The notes below the pieces were generated by a model. The model saw only the letters and a list, made by a program, of their open reading frames with translations, was not told the DNA's origin and made no database searches. From the NCBI GenBank assembly GCA_964450385.1, contig CAYVEC010000011.1:150-64149 (forward strand): DNA of 64,000 nt, given 5' to 3'. The position numbers were made by a program, and so were the translations under genes. This document shows, piece after piece, positions 30,984-39,840 of the stretch. How positions within the stretch are numbered: the stretch's first letter is position 1; each line of letters starts with the position of its first letter. The stretch is from an uncultured Planctomycetales bacterium (GTDB lineage: Bacteria > Omnitrophota > Gorgyraeia > Zapsychrales > JANLHA01).

Positions 30984-32090
30984 ATGACAGAGAAAATTTT
31001 GATCATGAATACGTTTGGGATCGGCGACGTTCTTTTTACCACGCCCTTGATCCGGAATCTGAAGCGGCAGCGGCCTGGTGTCAACATCGGGTATCTTGCC
31101 AACGCGCGCACGGCGGAATTTCTCCGCGGGTATCAGCTCATCGATGATGTCTTTGTCTATGAACGGGATGAGTTCGTTCGGCTCTATCGCGAGTCCCCGG
31201 CTGCGTTTTGGCGGAAGGCGCGGGGCCTTTTGCAGGAGATCCGTTGCCGGGGTTATGGAACGGTGATCGATCTTTCCCTGAATCGGATGATGGGGTTCTT
31301 GACCTGGGCAGCGGGGATCCCCCGACGGGTCGGGTATGATTATAAGGGGCGGGGCCGGTTATTAACGCATCGTTTACCGCTCCGGGGGTTCGAAGGCCGT
31401 CATGTCGCGGAGTATTATCTTGATCTATTGCCATTGCTCGGTGTGACCCCGGAGGTCCTGCCGGTCGAATTTCCTTTGAGCGATGCCGACCGGGCCTGGG
31501 CCGCGGATCTTTGGCGGTCGCATGGGCTGGAGGGCGCGGGGGCCGTGGTTTTGGCCCCTGGCGGCGGCGGCTCCTGGGGTCAGGCGGCATCGTTGAAACG
31601 TTGGCCGGTCGATCGGTTCGCGGAATTGGCCAATAAAGTCATTGAAAAATTCAATGCCCCGATTATACTGGTAGGCAGTTCCGAGGAGAAGGCGATCGGC
31701 GAGGCCATCACCCGCGAGACGCGCGGACGGGTCATTGACTGTATCGGAAAAACGCGCCTCGGGGAAATGGCGGCCCTCTTTGCCCGCGGTCGTCTTGTGG
31801 TGGCAAATGACGGCGGGCCGCTTCATATGGCCGTGGGCGTCGGGGCCCGGACCGTCTCGATCTTTGGCCCGGTTGATCCTCTCGTGTATGGCCCGTTCCC
31901 GAGGGGCCGGCATGAGGTAGTGGTTCGGCCGGTCGCGTGTCGTCCGTGTTATCGCCGGTTCCGGTCGGCCCGGTGTGCGCACCGCGCCTGTCTTCGCGAC
32001 CTCCCGGTAGCGGATGTCGTTGAACGGGTGGCAAAGATTTTGAGTGAAGGAAACAACGAAAGGCGTAACGATGGCTGTCCCATTTGTTGA
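30984..32090 (+). CDS. Glycosyltransferase family 9 (heptosyltransferase-like)
   Basis: ILIMNTFGIGDVLFTTP N-terminus, ANDGGPLHMA motif. Confidence 0.8.
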   Translation: MTEKILIMNTFGIGDVLFTTPLIRNLKRQRPGVNIGYLANARTAEFLRGYQLIDDVFVYERDEFVRLYRESPAAFWRKARGLLQEIRCRGYGTVIDLSLNRMMGFLTWAAGIPRRVGYDYKGRGRLLTHRLPLRGFEGRHVAEYYLDLLPLLGVTPEVLPVEFPLSDADRAWAADLWRSHGLEGAGAVVLAPGGGGSWGQAASLKRWPVDRFAELANKVIEKFNAPIILVGSSEEKAIGEAITRETRGRVIDCIGKTRLGEMAALFARGRLVVANDGGPLHMAVGVGARTVSIFGPVDPLVYGPFPRGRHEVVVRPVACRPCYRRFRSARCAHRACLRDLPVADVVERVAKILSEGNNERRNDGCPIC

Positions 32091-33174
32091 TCTCAATCGC
32101 CAGTATGCCATGATCAAGGACGAGGTCCAGTCGGGGTTTGATCGCGTCTGTGAGGGCGGCGGATTTATTTTGGGAAAAGAGGCGAAGGATTTCGAGACGG
32201 CCTTCGCGGGCTTTTGCCAGGCCGAGTATGCCGTCGGAGTGAATTCAGGGACCGACGCCCTGTATCTCGCGCTTTCGGCCCTCGGCATCGGTCCCGGGGA
32301 CGAGGTGATCGTCCCAACGCATACCTTTATTGCGACGGCCCTCTGTGTTTCCTATACCGGCGCTCGGCCGGTGTTTGTCGATGTCCAGGCCGATACCTAC
32401 GCGATCGATCCTGATGCCTTCGCCCGGGCCGTGACCCCGCGGACCAAGGCGGTCCTGCCGGTACACATTTATGGTCAGCCTGTGGATATGGACGAGATCT
32501 CGGCGGTTGCCCGGCGACACCATATCAAAATTATTGAGGACGCGGCCCAGGCCCATGGGGCGGTTTATCATGACCGGCGCATCGGCTCATTGGGGGATAT
32601 TGCCTGTTTTAGTTTTTATCCGACGAAGAATCTCGGGGCCTTCGGCGACGCGGGAATGGTCGTGACCTCGGACCGCGAGATTTATGAACGGGTTCTGATG
32701 CTGCGGGATTACGGCCGTCAGGGACGGTATGAGCATAAGATCAAAGGACATAACAGCCGGCTTGATACGCTTCAGGCCGTGGTCCTGTCCGCGAAACTGC
32801 CGCATCTTGCCGAGTGGAACCGCCTTCGTCAAGAGGCCGCGGGATGGTATGCCGAGGACTTGGGCGGAGTCGCTGGAGTCCAGATCCCGGCGGTGCGCAA
32901 CGATCGTACGCATGTGTATCATCTCTATGTGATTCGGGTGAAGGATCGTGAGCGGGTGTTGTCCGCGCTCAAGGATGCTGGTATTGGGGCGTTGATCCAT
33001 TATCCGATTCCGATCCATCTTCAAGAGGCGTATCAGGACGCGGGGTATCATCGAGGGGATTTTCCCGTGGCGGAGGCGGCGGCCGACGAGATCGTGTCAC
33101 TGCCGATGTTCCCGTATATGACGCGGGCGCAGGTCGATGAGGTCGCGCGGGTGGTCGCAGAGGCCGTTCAATAG
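32071..33174 (+). CDS. DegT family PLP-dependent sugar aminotransferase (second copy)
   Basis: MAVPFVDLNRQY start. Track start 32044 is GTG; ATG 32071 chosen. Confidence 0.8.
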   Translation: MAVPFVDLNRQYAMIKDEVQSGFDRVCEGGGFILGKEAKDFETAFAGFCQAEYAVGVNSGTDALYLALSALGIGPGDEVIVPTHTFIATALCVSYTGARPVFVDVQADTYAIDPDAFARAVTPRTKAVLPVHIYGQPVDMDEISAVARRHHIKIIEDAAQAHGAVYHDRRIGSLGDIACFSFYPTKNLGAFGDAGMVVTSDREIYERVLMLRDYGRQGRYEHKIKGHNSRLDTLQAVVLSAKLPHLAEWNRLRQEAAGWYAEDLGGVAGVQIPAVRNDRTHVYHLYVIRVKDRERVLSALKDAGIGALIHYPIPIHLQEAYQDAGYHRGDFPVAEAAADEIVSLPMFPYMTRAQVDEVARVVAEAVQ

Positions 33175-33201
33175 AGGAATGATGATCTGAAAGAGGTCGG
33201 C

Positions 33202-33960
33202 ATGTCGGTCCCGGTATCGGTGGTGATCATTACAAAGAATGAAGAAGGGCGTCTTCCCGATTGCCTCGCGAGTGTGGCAGAATGGGCGGCGGAGATCGTT
33301 GTCGTGGATGATAACAGCACGGACGCGACACGGGCCATTGCCGAGCGGGTCACGGACCGGGTCTTTGTCCGGGCCATGGATATCGAGGGCCGGCACCGGA
33401 ATTGGGCGTATGCCCAGGCGCGCCAGCCTTGGGTCCTGAGCCTCGATGCCGATGAACGCCTGACCCCTGAGCTCAGAGACGAGATCGCGCGCGTCCTCGC
33501 CGGTCCTGAGGCGGATGTCTACACGATCCCGCGCCGGAATTTTATCGGCTCCTATTGGGTGCGGCACGGCGGTCAATATCCGTCGGCCCAGCTCCGGCTC
33601 TTCCGTCAGGGCGCATTTTCGTACGAAGAGGCATCGGTCCATCCCCGCGCCTTCGTGAACGGCACGACCGGTCATTTGACGTCGGACATGATCCATTACA
33701 GCTATCGCGATTTCGCGCATTTCCTTCAGAAACTGAACGGTCAGACCACGCTCGAGGCCCAGAAATGGGCCCAGGACGGACGGCGGATGTCCTTCGGCAA
33801 GGCCTTCTGGAGATCGTGTGACCGTTTTATCCGGACCTTTATCCGGAAGAAGGGATATAAGGACGGATTCATCGGTTTTATGGTCGCGTATTTTGCCGCT
33901 CTGTATCAGATCATCAGCTACGCCAAGTACTGGGAGATCTGCTGTCAGAAGGAAAAATGA
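33202..33960 (+). CDS. Glycosyltransferase family 2
   Basis: VSVVIITKNEE...VVVDDNSTD...LDADE. Confidence 0.8.
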   Translation: MSVPVSVVIITKNEEGRLPDCLASVAEWAAEIVVVDDNSTDATRAIAERVTDRVFVRAMDIEGRHRNWAYAQARQPWVLSLDADERLTPELRDEIARVLAGPEADVYTIPRRNFIGSYWVRHGGQYPSAQLRLFRQGAFSYEEASVHPRAFVNGTTGHLTSDMIHYSYRDFAHFLQKLNGQTTLEAQKWAQDGRRMSFGKAFWRSCDRFIRTFIRKKGYKDGFIGFMVAYFAALYQIISYAKYWEICCQKEK

Positions 33961-33996
33961 ATCGGTGCGGCGGGGTGAAAATTTCTTGCTTTTCGG

Positions 33997-34026
33997 TTGA
34001 TTCCCACCAGACGTTCCCGTTATACT
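33997..34026 (+). promoter_or_regulatory. Possible sigma70-like promoter TTGATT-18 nt-TATACT upstream of gmhB
   Basis: TTGATT at 33997-34002, TATACT at 34021-34026. Spacer one nt longer than optimal. Confidence 0.35.
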
Positions 34027-34071
34027 AAATACGTTTTTGTTCAGGAATTCAGGACTACAAAGGGTTGGGTC

Positions 34072-34689
34072 ATGGCGCTCAAGGCGGTCTTTTTGGACCG
34101 GGACGGGGTCATCAACCGTTTTCCCGGCAACGGACTTTATGTCACCAAATTAAAGGATTTCCATTTCTTGCCGGGGGCCCTCGAGGCCTTAAAGGCCCTG
34201 ACGGACGATGGGTATGAGATCTTTATCGTTTCGAATCAGGCCGGCGTGGGTAAGGGGGTCTATTCGCAGCACAAGCTCGACCTGATCACCCGCTATATGA
34301 TGAAGGAGATCCGGGCCGCGGGCGGCCGTGTCCGCAAGGCCTTTTTTTGCACCCACCATCCGAAGGACGGCTGCGACTGCCGTAAGCCCGGGGTCGGATC
34401 GATCCGCCGGGGATTGGCCATGCTCAACCGGACGATCCGCTCGGCCGGGCACACGTATTTTATCGGCGACACAAAAAGCGATATCGAGGCCGGGCATAAC
34501 GCGGGGTGCCAGACCGTTTTTGTTCTTTCCGGGAGAGAAGATCGATGGTATGCTGCCCGTAAATGGGTTGTCAAGCCAGACTATATTGCCTGTGATCTTA
34601 AGGATGCCCTGCGCATCTTGATCCCGAACGGCAAACCATTACCGAAGAGATATTATTATCGTCCTGTTCGATCATCACAAAAGAGTTAA
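34072..34689 (+). CDS. gmhB: D,D-heptose 1,7-bisphosphate phosphatase GmhB (HAD family)
   Basis: FLDRDGVIN HAD motif I. Zn-binding CTHHPKDGCDCRKP. Alignable to E. coli GmhB. Track ORF begins at 33997; ATG 34072 chosen. Confidence 0.8.
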   Translation: MALKAVFLDRDGVINRFPGNGLYVTKLKDFHFLPGALEALKALTDDGYEIFIVSNQAGVGKGVYSQHKLDLITRYMMKEIRAAGGRVRKAFFCTHHPKDGCDCRKPGVGSIRRGLAMLNRTIRSAGHTYFIGDTKSDIEAGHNAGCQTVFVLSGREDRWYAARKWVVKPDYIACDLKDALRILIPNGKPLPKRYYYRPVRSSQKS

Positions 34690-34692
34690 GAC

Positions 34693-35775
34693 ATGAAAAT
34701 TTTGGTTGTCTACGCAACGGCAGGGGCTGGTCATAAAAAGGCGGCTGAGGCGGTCTATGACGCGCTCCGTCTGAGGTGCCCCGAGACGATTTATGCCGAT
34801 GTCCTCGCGTACACGAACAAATTCTATGAGGCCTCATATGCCTCGGGTTATGCCTTTTTGATCAAACACCTTCCCACGGTCTGGGCCCTGTGTTTCGCGG
34901 TCCTCAACTTCCGGTGGATCGGGCCGGTGATGGCCGTTTCCCGCCGTCTTTTTAACCGGATCAATGCCGCTGCCTTTGAGCGGTATCTGAAGGCCGAGCA
35001 GTTTGATTATATTATCTCGACCCATTTTTTACCGAACGAGGTCGCCGGATATCTGAAACGGACCGGCCAGATCCGTTCGACGGTGATCGGCTGTGTCACG
35101 GATTTTGATGTCCACCGGATCTGGTTGGCCCGGGGGATCGATCAGTATGCCGTGGCTTCGGACTATACCCGTGACCGGATCGTGTCGCTGGGGGTGAGGC
35201 CGGATCAGGTGGCCGTGACGGGGATTCCGACGCATGAAAAATTTTCGAGTCATCCGGACTCGGGCGCGGTCCGCGACCGGCTCGGGCTGAGCCGGGACCG
35301 GTTCACGGTGCTCATTGCGATGGGCTCGTTCGGGTTCGGCCCGATTGAGCGGGTTGTTCAGGCCCTCATGGGGTTTCAGGTCATGGTGGTCTGCGGGCAT
35401 AATCAAAAACTGTACGCGCGTCTTCATCACCGGGCGATCGAAGGGGTGACGGTGTTCGGCCTCGTGAATAATATGGACGAGCTCATGGCAGCGGCGGATG
35501 TGATGATCACGAAGCCCGGAGGGCTGTCGATCTCCGAGGCCCTGGTCGCTGGGCTGCCGCTCGTGTTTTTCAGCGCGATCCCCGGCCAGGAAGAGAACAA
35601 CGTGCGTGTCCTCGCCTGCCAGGGAGTTGGGGCGAGTGGCCTCTCGATCCCCGGGATCGCGGCACTTCTCCGGCAGTACCAGGAGCGGCCCGAGGTCTTC
35701 ACGCAGGCCCGTGAGCAGGCGCGCCGGCTCGGCCGTCCCGGCTCGGTCAAAGATATCCTCGCCTTAATTCGATAA
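34693..35775 (+). CDS. Diacylglycerol glycosyltransferase, UgtP/MGDG-synthase family (GT28)
   Basis: Alignable to B. subtilis UgtP across N- and C-domains (ITKPGG...PGQEE). Confidence 0.8.
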   Translation: MKILVVYATAGAGHKKAAEAVYDALRLRCPETIYADVLAYTNKFYEASYASGYAFLIKHLPTVWALCFAVLNFRWIGPVMAVSRRLFNRINAAAFERYLKAEQFDYIISTHFLPNEVAGYLKRTGQIRSTVIGCVTDFDVHRIWLARGIDQYAVASDYTRDRIVSLGVRPDQVAVTGIPTHEKFSSHPDSGAVRDRLGLSRDRFTVLIAMGSFGFGPIERVVQALMGFQVMVVCGHNQKLYARLHHRAIEGVTVFGLVNNMDELMAAADVMITKPGGLSISEALVAGLPLVFFSAIPGQEENNVRVLACQGVGASGLSIPGIAALLRQYQERPEVFTQAREQARRLGRPGSVKDILALIR

Positions 35776-35851
35776 CCGGGTATAATACAACCATCGTGTG
35801 GTCTGGGGCCGGCGGCGTTGGGTTCGACGCTGATCGCGGGGCATCGTGAAT

Positions 35852-37693
35852 ATGAATAAAAACGTGGCACAGGTGGTGGTCGGTCTGCCGGTCGCGGGGC
35901 CGTTTGATTATGCGGTTTCACCCGAGGATCGGGCGGTCCTTGCGCTCGGGCAGCGTGTTGTGGTGCCATTTGCGGGCCGTCAGATGACCGGCTACGTCGT
36001 CGGATTCGCCGAGGCCAGTGTCCACAAGGAATTGAAGACCATCGGCCGGATCCTTGATGACGGTCCCATTCTTTCATCACAGCAGCTCGTGTTGACCCGT
36101 CGGGTCGCGGAGCGTTATGGATGTTCTTGGGGGGAGGCGATTGAGGCCTCATTGCCCTTTGCCATTCGCAACCGAAAGAAATTGGCCCTTGGAGCGGCAG
36201 GGGTGGGCGCAGCAACTCCGGTCTCGCCGCCGCCGATTCTTATCGTAACACCGCCGGAGAACCCCTTCCCGGAGGCGGTCGCCCGGGAGGTCCGCGACAC
36301 CGTCGCCCGCGGGGAGACGGTCTTATATTTGGCCCCTGACGGGGTGAGGGCCGGGTTTCTTGAAGTGCGTCTTCGGGCAGGGTTGACCTGCCGGGTCGCG
36401 CGTCTTGATCCGGCCCAGGGAAAACGATATATTGAATCCTGGCTCGCCGCCCGGCGGGGTGAGGCGGATGTTGTCCTCGGGGTGCGCTCTGCGGTATTCA
36501 CGCAGCTCCCGCGTCTCGGGCTCATCGTTATTGACGAGGAACAGAGCTACGGATATGTCGAAGACCAGGCGCCGTTTTATCATGCCCGTGAGGTCGCCGT
36601 GATGCGCGCGGCCCTTGAGGGATGTCGGGTCGCGGTTGTTTCGTGTGCACCTACGGTGGAGGCCTGGGAATGGGTCCGGCAGAGCGGTGAGGCCGTTCGC
36701 CTGCCTTGTGAGCCGCCGCCGGCGGGGTTGTCGGTCATGGATCTCGGGAATTATAAGCCTCAGGGGGCCACGTATCTCGTCGATCCCTGCCGTGAGGCCC
36801 TGCGTCAGGTCCTTGAGCGGAACGAACGGGTCCTCGTGCTGCTGAATCGACGGGGTTTTAGCGGCTGGGCCCGGTGTTCGGAGTGCGGGGCCGGGGTCTC
36901 GTGTCCGCGGTGTGATATCGGGCTTGTTTACGTTCAGGAAAAAAAGAAGGCGGTATGCCTGCGGTGCGGGCATTCCCAGCCGGTCGATCAGCGGTGTCCT
37001 GAGTGCGGGTCTGGGCGGCTTGTCATGGCCGGCAGCGGGGTTGAGCGCGTGGCCCAGAATCTCGCGAGGGTGTTCCCTGCGGCGAGGGCGGCATGCTATG
37101 AGCGGGAAAGCGAGGGGATCGCCGATGGGGTGACGCTCCTTGTCGCGACACAGGCCGTGTTCCGCGAGACGGGGCGGTGGCGGCCCGACGTGAGCTGTCT
37201 CCTTGACGCGGATGCTCAGTTGGGGCGTTTTGATTTTCGCGGCGGTCAGAAGATCTTTTCTCAGCTCATGGCCCTGCGGTGGTGGACGCGGCAGACGGTT
37301 TTTGTCCAGACCGCTCAGCCGGGTCATCCGGCTTTTGTCGCGGCACGGCAGGGGAACCTTGAGGGGTTCTATCGTCAGGAGGCCGATACCCGGCGAGAAT
37401 TGGGGTTGCCGCCGTTTGCCTGTCTCGGGTCGATCGTTGTCCGCTCGACGAATATCGATCACGCCCGTGACCAGGCCGAGGCCGTGGCCGCGGCCTTGGG
37501 CGGCGAGGCGGAACCGGGTCTCGAGACCCTTGAGCCGCAGCCTGACGTCCAGGCCAAGGTGAGGGACCAATATCGTTTTGTGGTGACGGTCAAGGGCCCG
37601 AATCCCGGCGCCCTTGTTGCGGCGTATCAACGCGCGCGTCAGGCCTGCCGGTGCCGCCGGGGGACCGTGATGACGATTCAGATCGATCCGTGA
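35852..37693 (+). CDS. priA: Primosomal protein N' (PriA) homologue with degenerate helicase motifs
   Basis: PriA-specific Cys4-Cys4 zinc-binding region (CSECGAGVSCPRCD...CLRCGHSQ...CPECGSG). IVIDEEQ aligns to DEEH. Walker A position reads ARGET. Confidence 0.8.
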   Translation: MNKNVAQVVVGLPVAGPFDYAVSPEDRAVLALGQRVVVPFAGRQMTGYVVGFAEASVHKELKTIGRILDDGPILSSQQLVLTRRVAERYGCSWGEAIEASLPFAIRNRKKLALGAAGVGAATPVSPPPILIVTPPENPFPEAVAREVRDTVARGETVLYLAPDGVRAGFLEVRLRAGLTCRVARLDPAQGKRYIESWLAARRGEADVVLGVRSAVFTQLPRLGLIVIDEEQSYGYVEDQAPFYHAREVAVMRAALEGCRVAVVSCAPTVEAWEWVRQSGEAVRLPCEPPPAGLSVMDLGNYKPQGATYLVDPCREALRQVLERNERVLVLLNRRGFSGWARCSECGAGVSCPRCDIGLVYVQEKKKAVCLRCGHSQPVDQRCPECGSGRLVMAGSGVERVAQNLARVFPAARAACYERESEGIADGVTLLVATQAVFRETGRWRPDVSCLLDADAQLGRFDFRGGQKIFSQLMALRWWTRQTVFVQTAQPGHPAFVAARQGNLEGFYRQEADTRRELGLPPFACLGSIVVRSTNIDHARDQAEAVAAALGGEAEPGLETLEPQPDVQAKVRDQYRFVVTVKGPNPGALVAAYQRARQACRCRRGTVMTIQIDP

Positions 37694-37711
37694 CCTGTCG
37701 AAAGGGGGGCT

Positions 37712-38656
37712 ATGCGTATTATTTTTTTCGGTTCAGATGAGTTCGCCGCGTCGAGCCTCGAGCGGTTGATCCGCGACCGGTTCTCGGTTGCCGCGGTCGT
37801 GACCCAGCCGGACCGGCCGCGCGGCCGCGGGATGAATGTCTCGTTCTTGCCGGTGAAGATGATGGCCCTGGAGCAGGCGATCCCGATTCTTCAGCCCGAG
37901 ACGCTTCGTGATCCTCGGGTCCATGAGACCCTGGCCGGGTATGAGGCGGATCTTTTTGTGGTGATCGCCTATGGGCTTTTCCTGCCGAAAGAGATCCTCG
38001 AGATGCCACGGCATGGCTGCGTCAATGTCCACGGCTCGCTTCTCCCGAAATACCGGGGCGCGGCGCCGATCCAGTGGGCGATCATGAACGGTGAGACCGA
38101 GACCGGGATCAGCGTTATTCGCATGTCGGAACGGATGGATGCCGGCGACGTTCTTTTTCAGCGGGCCGTTCCGATCCCTTTGGACGTTGATGCTGTGACG
38201 CTTCGCGAACGGATGGCCGATGTCGGGGCCGCGTGTCTTGTCGAGACCCTCGCGGCCATTGACCGGGGGGAGGCGGCCGCGGTGCCGCAGGACGAGGGGG
38301 CGGTGACCCTTGCGCCGAAATTGACGCGCGAGGTCGCGCGGATCATTTGGGAGTATCCGGCATCCCGGATCAACGATAAGATCCGCGGGCTTGTGCCTTG
38401 GCCCGGGGCCGAGGCCGTGTTTCGTGGCAAACGGGTGAAGATTTGGAAGGCCGAGCCTTGGGCTGGGGAGGCCTCCGGCAGTGCCCAGCCGGGGTCCGTG
38501 ATCGCGGTTTTACCGGAACGGATCGTCGTGGCCTGCGGTCAGGGCGGTCTCGCCTTGGAGACGCTTCAGGTTGAAGGCGGTAATCCCATGGATGCCCGGA
38601 GTTTTCGAGCAGGGTATCAGGTGCGGCCAGGCGACCGTTTTGATGACGGTGCCTGA
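37712..38656 (+). CDS. fmt: Methionyl-tRNA formyltransferase
   Basis: MRIIFFGSDEFA, HGCVNVHGSLLPKYRGAAPIQWAI. Confidence 0.9.
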   Translation: MRIIFFGSDEFAASSLERLIRDRFSVAAVVTQPDRPRGRGMNVSFLPVKMMALEQAIPILQPETLRDPRVHETLAGYEADLFVVIAYGLFLPKEILEMPRHGCVNVHGSLLPKYRGAAPIQWAIMNGETETGISVIRMSERMDAGDVLFQRAVPIPLDVDAVTLRERMADVGAACLVETLAAIDRGEAAAVPQDEGAVTLAPKLTREVARIIWEYPASRINDKIRGLVPWPGAEAVFRGKRVKIWKAEPWAGEASGSAQPGSVIAVLPERIVVACGQGGLALETLQVEGGNPMDARSFRAGYQVRPGDRFDDGA

Positions 38657-38695
38657 TCGGGGCTGGTGAGCGGCTCTGGGCGGATAAAATTCTGT

Positions 38696-38723
38696 TTGCA
38701 CATGGAAAGGGCTATGATATAAT
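38696..38723 (+). promoter_or_regulatory. sigma70-like promoter TTGCAC-16 nt-TATAAT upstream of the GalT-like pair
   Basis: TTGCAC at 38696-38701, TATAAT at 38718-38723. Confidence 0.5.
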
Positions 38724-38817
38724 CCAACGTCTCAAGCGGGCGAGTCAGGTCGTGATCTGCCGTTCGTGGGGATTCCCGAATATCTTTTGATGTAAAGCTC
38801 AAGTGACAGAGGCGGTT

Positions 38818-39840
38818 ATGCCAGAATTACGTAAAGATCCGGTGGTCAGGCGTTGGGTGATCATTGCCACGGAACGCGCGCGGCGGCCCGGAACGTTGAT
38901 CGATTCTCAGGAGAATGTCTTTGGCGACCCGCGCGAGTGTCCGTTCTGCCGGAATGCCGATCCTGAGATCTTTGCCGTCCGTGATCAGGGGGACGGGGCG
39001 CCCTGGCAGGTCAAGGTGGTCCCGAACGGGACACCGATCTTCACCGGCGAGACAAAATTTAAGCGGCATGGATCAGGGCTGTATGATGTGATCACCAATC
39101 ACGGGGCGAATGAGGTCGTGATCGAGACCCCGGACCATATCGCGAATATGGCTGATCTTTCTCAGGAGCAGATCGCCCGCGTGATTCGGGCGTATATGGT
39201 TCGTTTTGTTGATCTTGAAAAAGACACAAATCTGCAATATGTCTTTGCTTATAAAAACTATGGCGAGGCCGCCGGGAGCCGGCCGATCGGTCATGCGCGG
39301 TCGCAGATCATCGCGACCCCGGTGAACCCGCTCCGGGTCAAGGAAAAGCTCGTTGGCGCCAAACAGTATTTTGATTATCGAGACCGGTGCGTCTACTGCG
39401 ATACGCTTCAGCAGGAGATCGCCGACGGGAGACGCCTGATCTGTCAGAGCGATCATTTTGTGGCGATGACCCCGTTTGCCCCGAGGTATCCGTTCGAGAT
39501 CCTTGTTCTTCCGAGGGCGCATTGTTGTGATTTTACCGTGGGGATCGCCGGCAAGGAGCTGGACCTCGCGCATCTGATGAAGATGATCCTCATGAAATTC
39601 AAGATCGGGCTCAACGACCCGTCGTATAATTACGTCATTCACACGGCACCGATGCGTAAGAACCGGCGCGGGGTGAAATGGACCACGATCGAAGAGGATT
39701 ATCACTGGCACATCGAGCTCGTGCCGCGGCTGGCCAAGGTCGCGGGGTTTGAGAAGGGGACGGGATTTTATATCTGTTCGATCCCGCCGGAGGAGACTGC
39801 GGAATTTTTGCGAAGGGTGGACGTGTCATGCCAGAGCTGA
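38818..39840 (+). CDS. Galactose-1-phosphate uridylyltransferase-like HIT-family protein, paralogue 1 (nucleophile His replaced by Arg)
   Basis: CPFC zinc motif. Active-site block reads GHARSQIIA instead of HxHxQ. Track start 38803 is GTG; ATG 38818 chosen. Confidence 0.7.
   Translation: MPELRKDPVVRRWVIIATERARRPGTLIDSQENVFGDPRECPFCRNADPEIFAVRDQGDGAPWQVKVVPNGTPIFTGETKFKRHGSGLYDVITNHGANEVVIETPDHIANMADLSQEQIARVIRAYMVRFVDLEKDTNLQYVFAYKNYGEAAGSRPIGHARSQIIATPVNPLRVKEKLVGAKQYFDYRDRCVYCDTLQQEIADGRRLICQSDHFVAMTPFAPRYPFEILVLPRAHCCDFTVGIAGKELDLAHLMKMILMKFKIGLNDPSYNYVIHTAPMRKNRRGVKWTTIEEDYHWHIELVPRLAKVAGFEKGTGFYICSIPPEETAEFLRRVDVSCQS

Noticed and set aside
35776-35851. TATAAT at about 35773-35780 upstream of priA as a promoter
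   Set aside because: No acceptable -35 hexamer lies at a 16-18 nt spacing. priA is probably read through from the upstream glycolipid synthase gene or from a promoter I cannot recognise.
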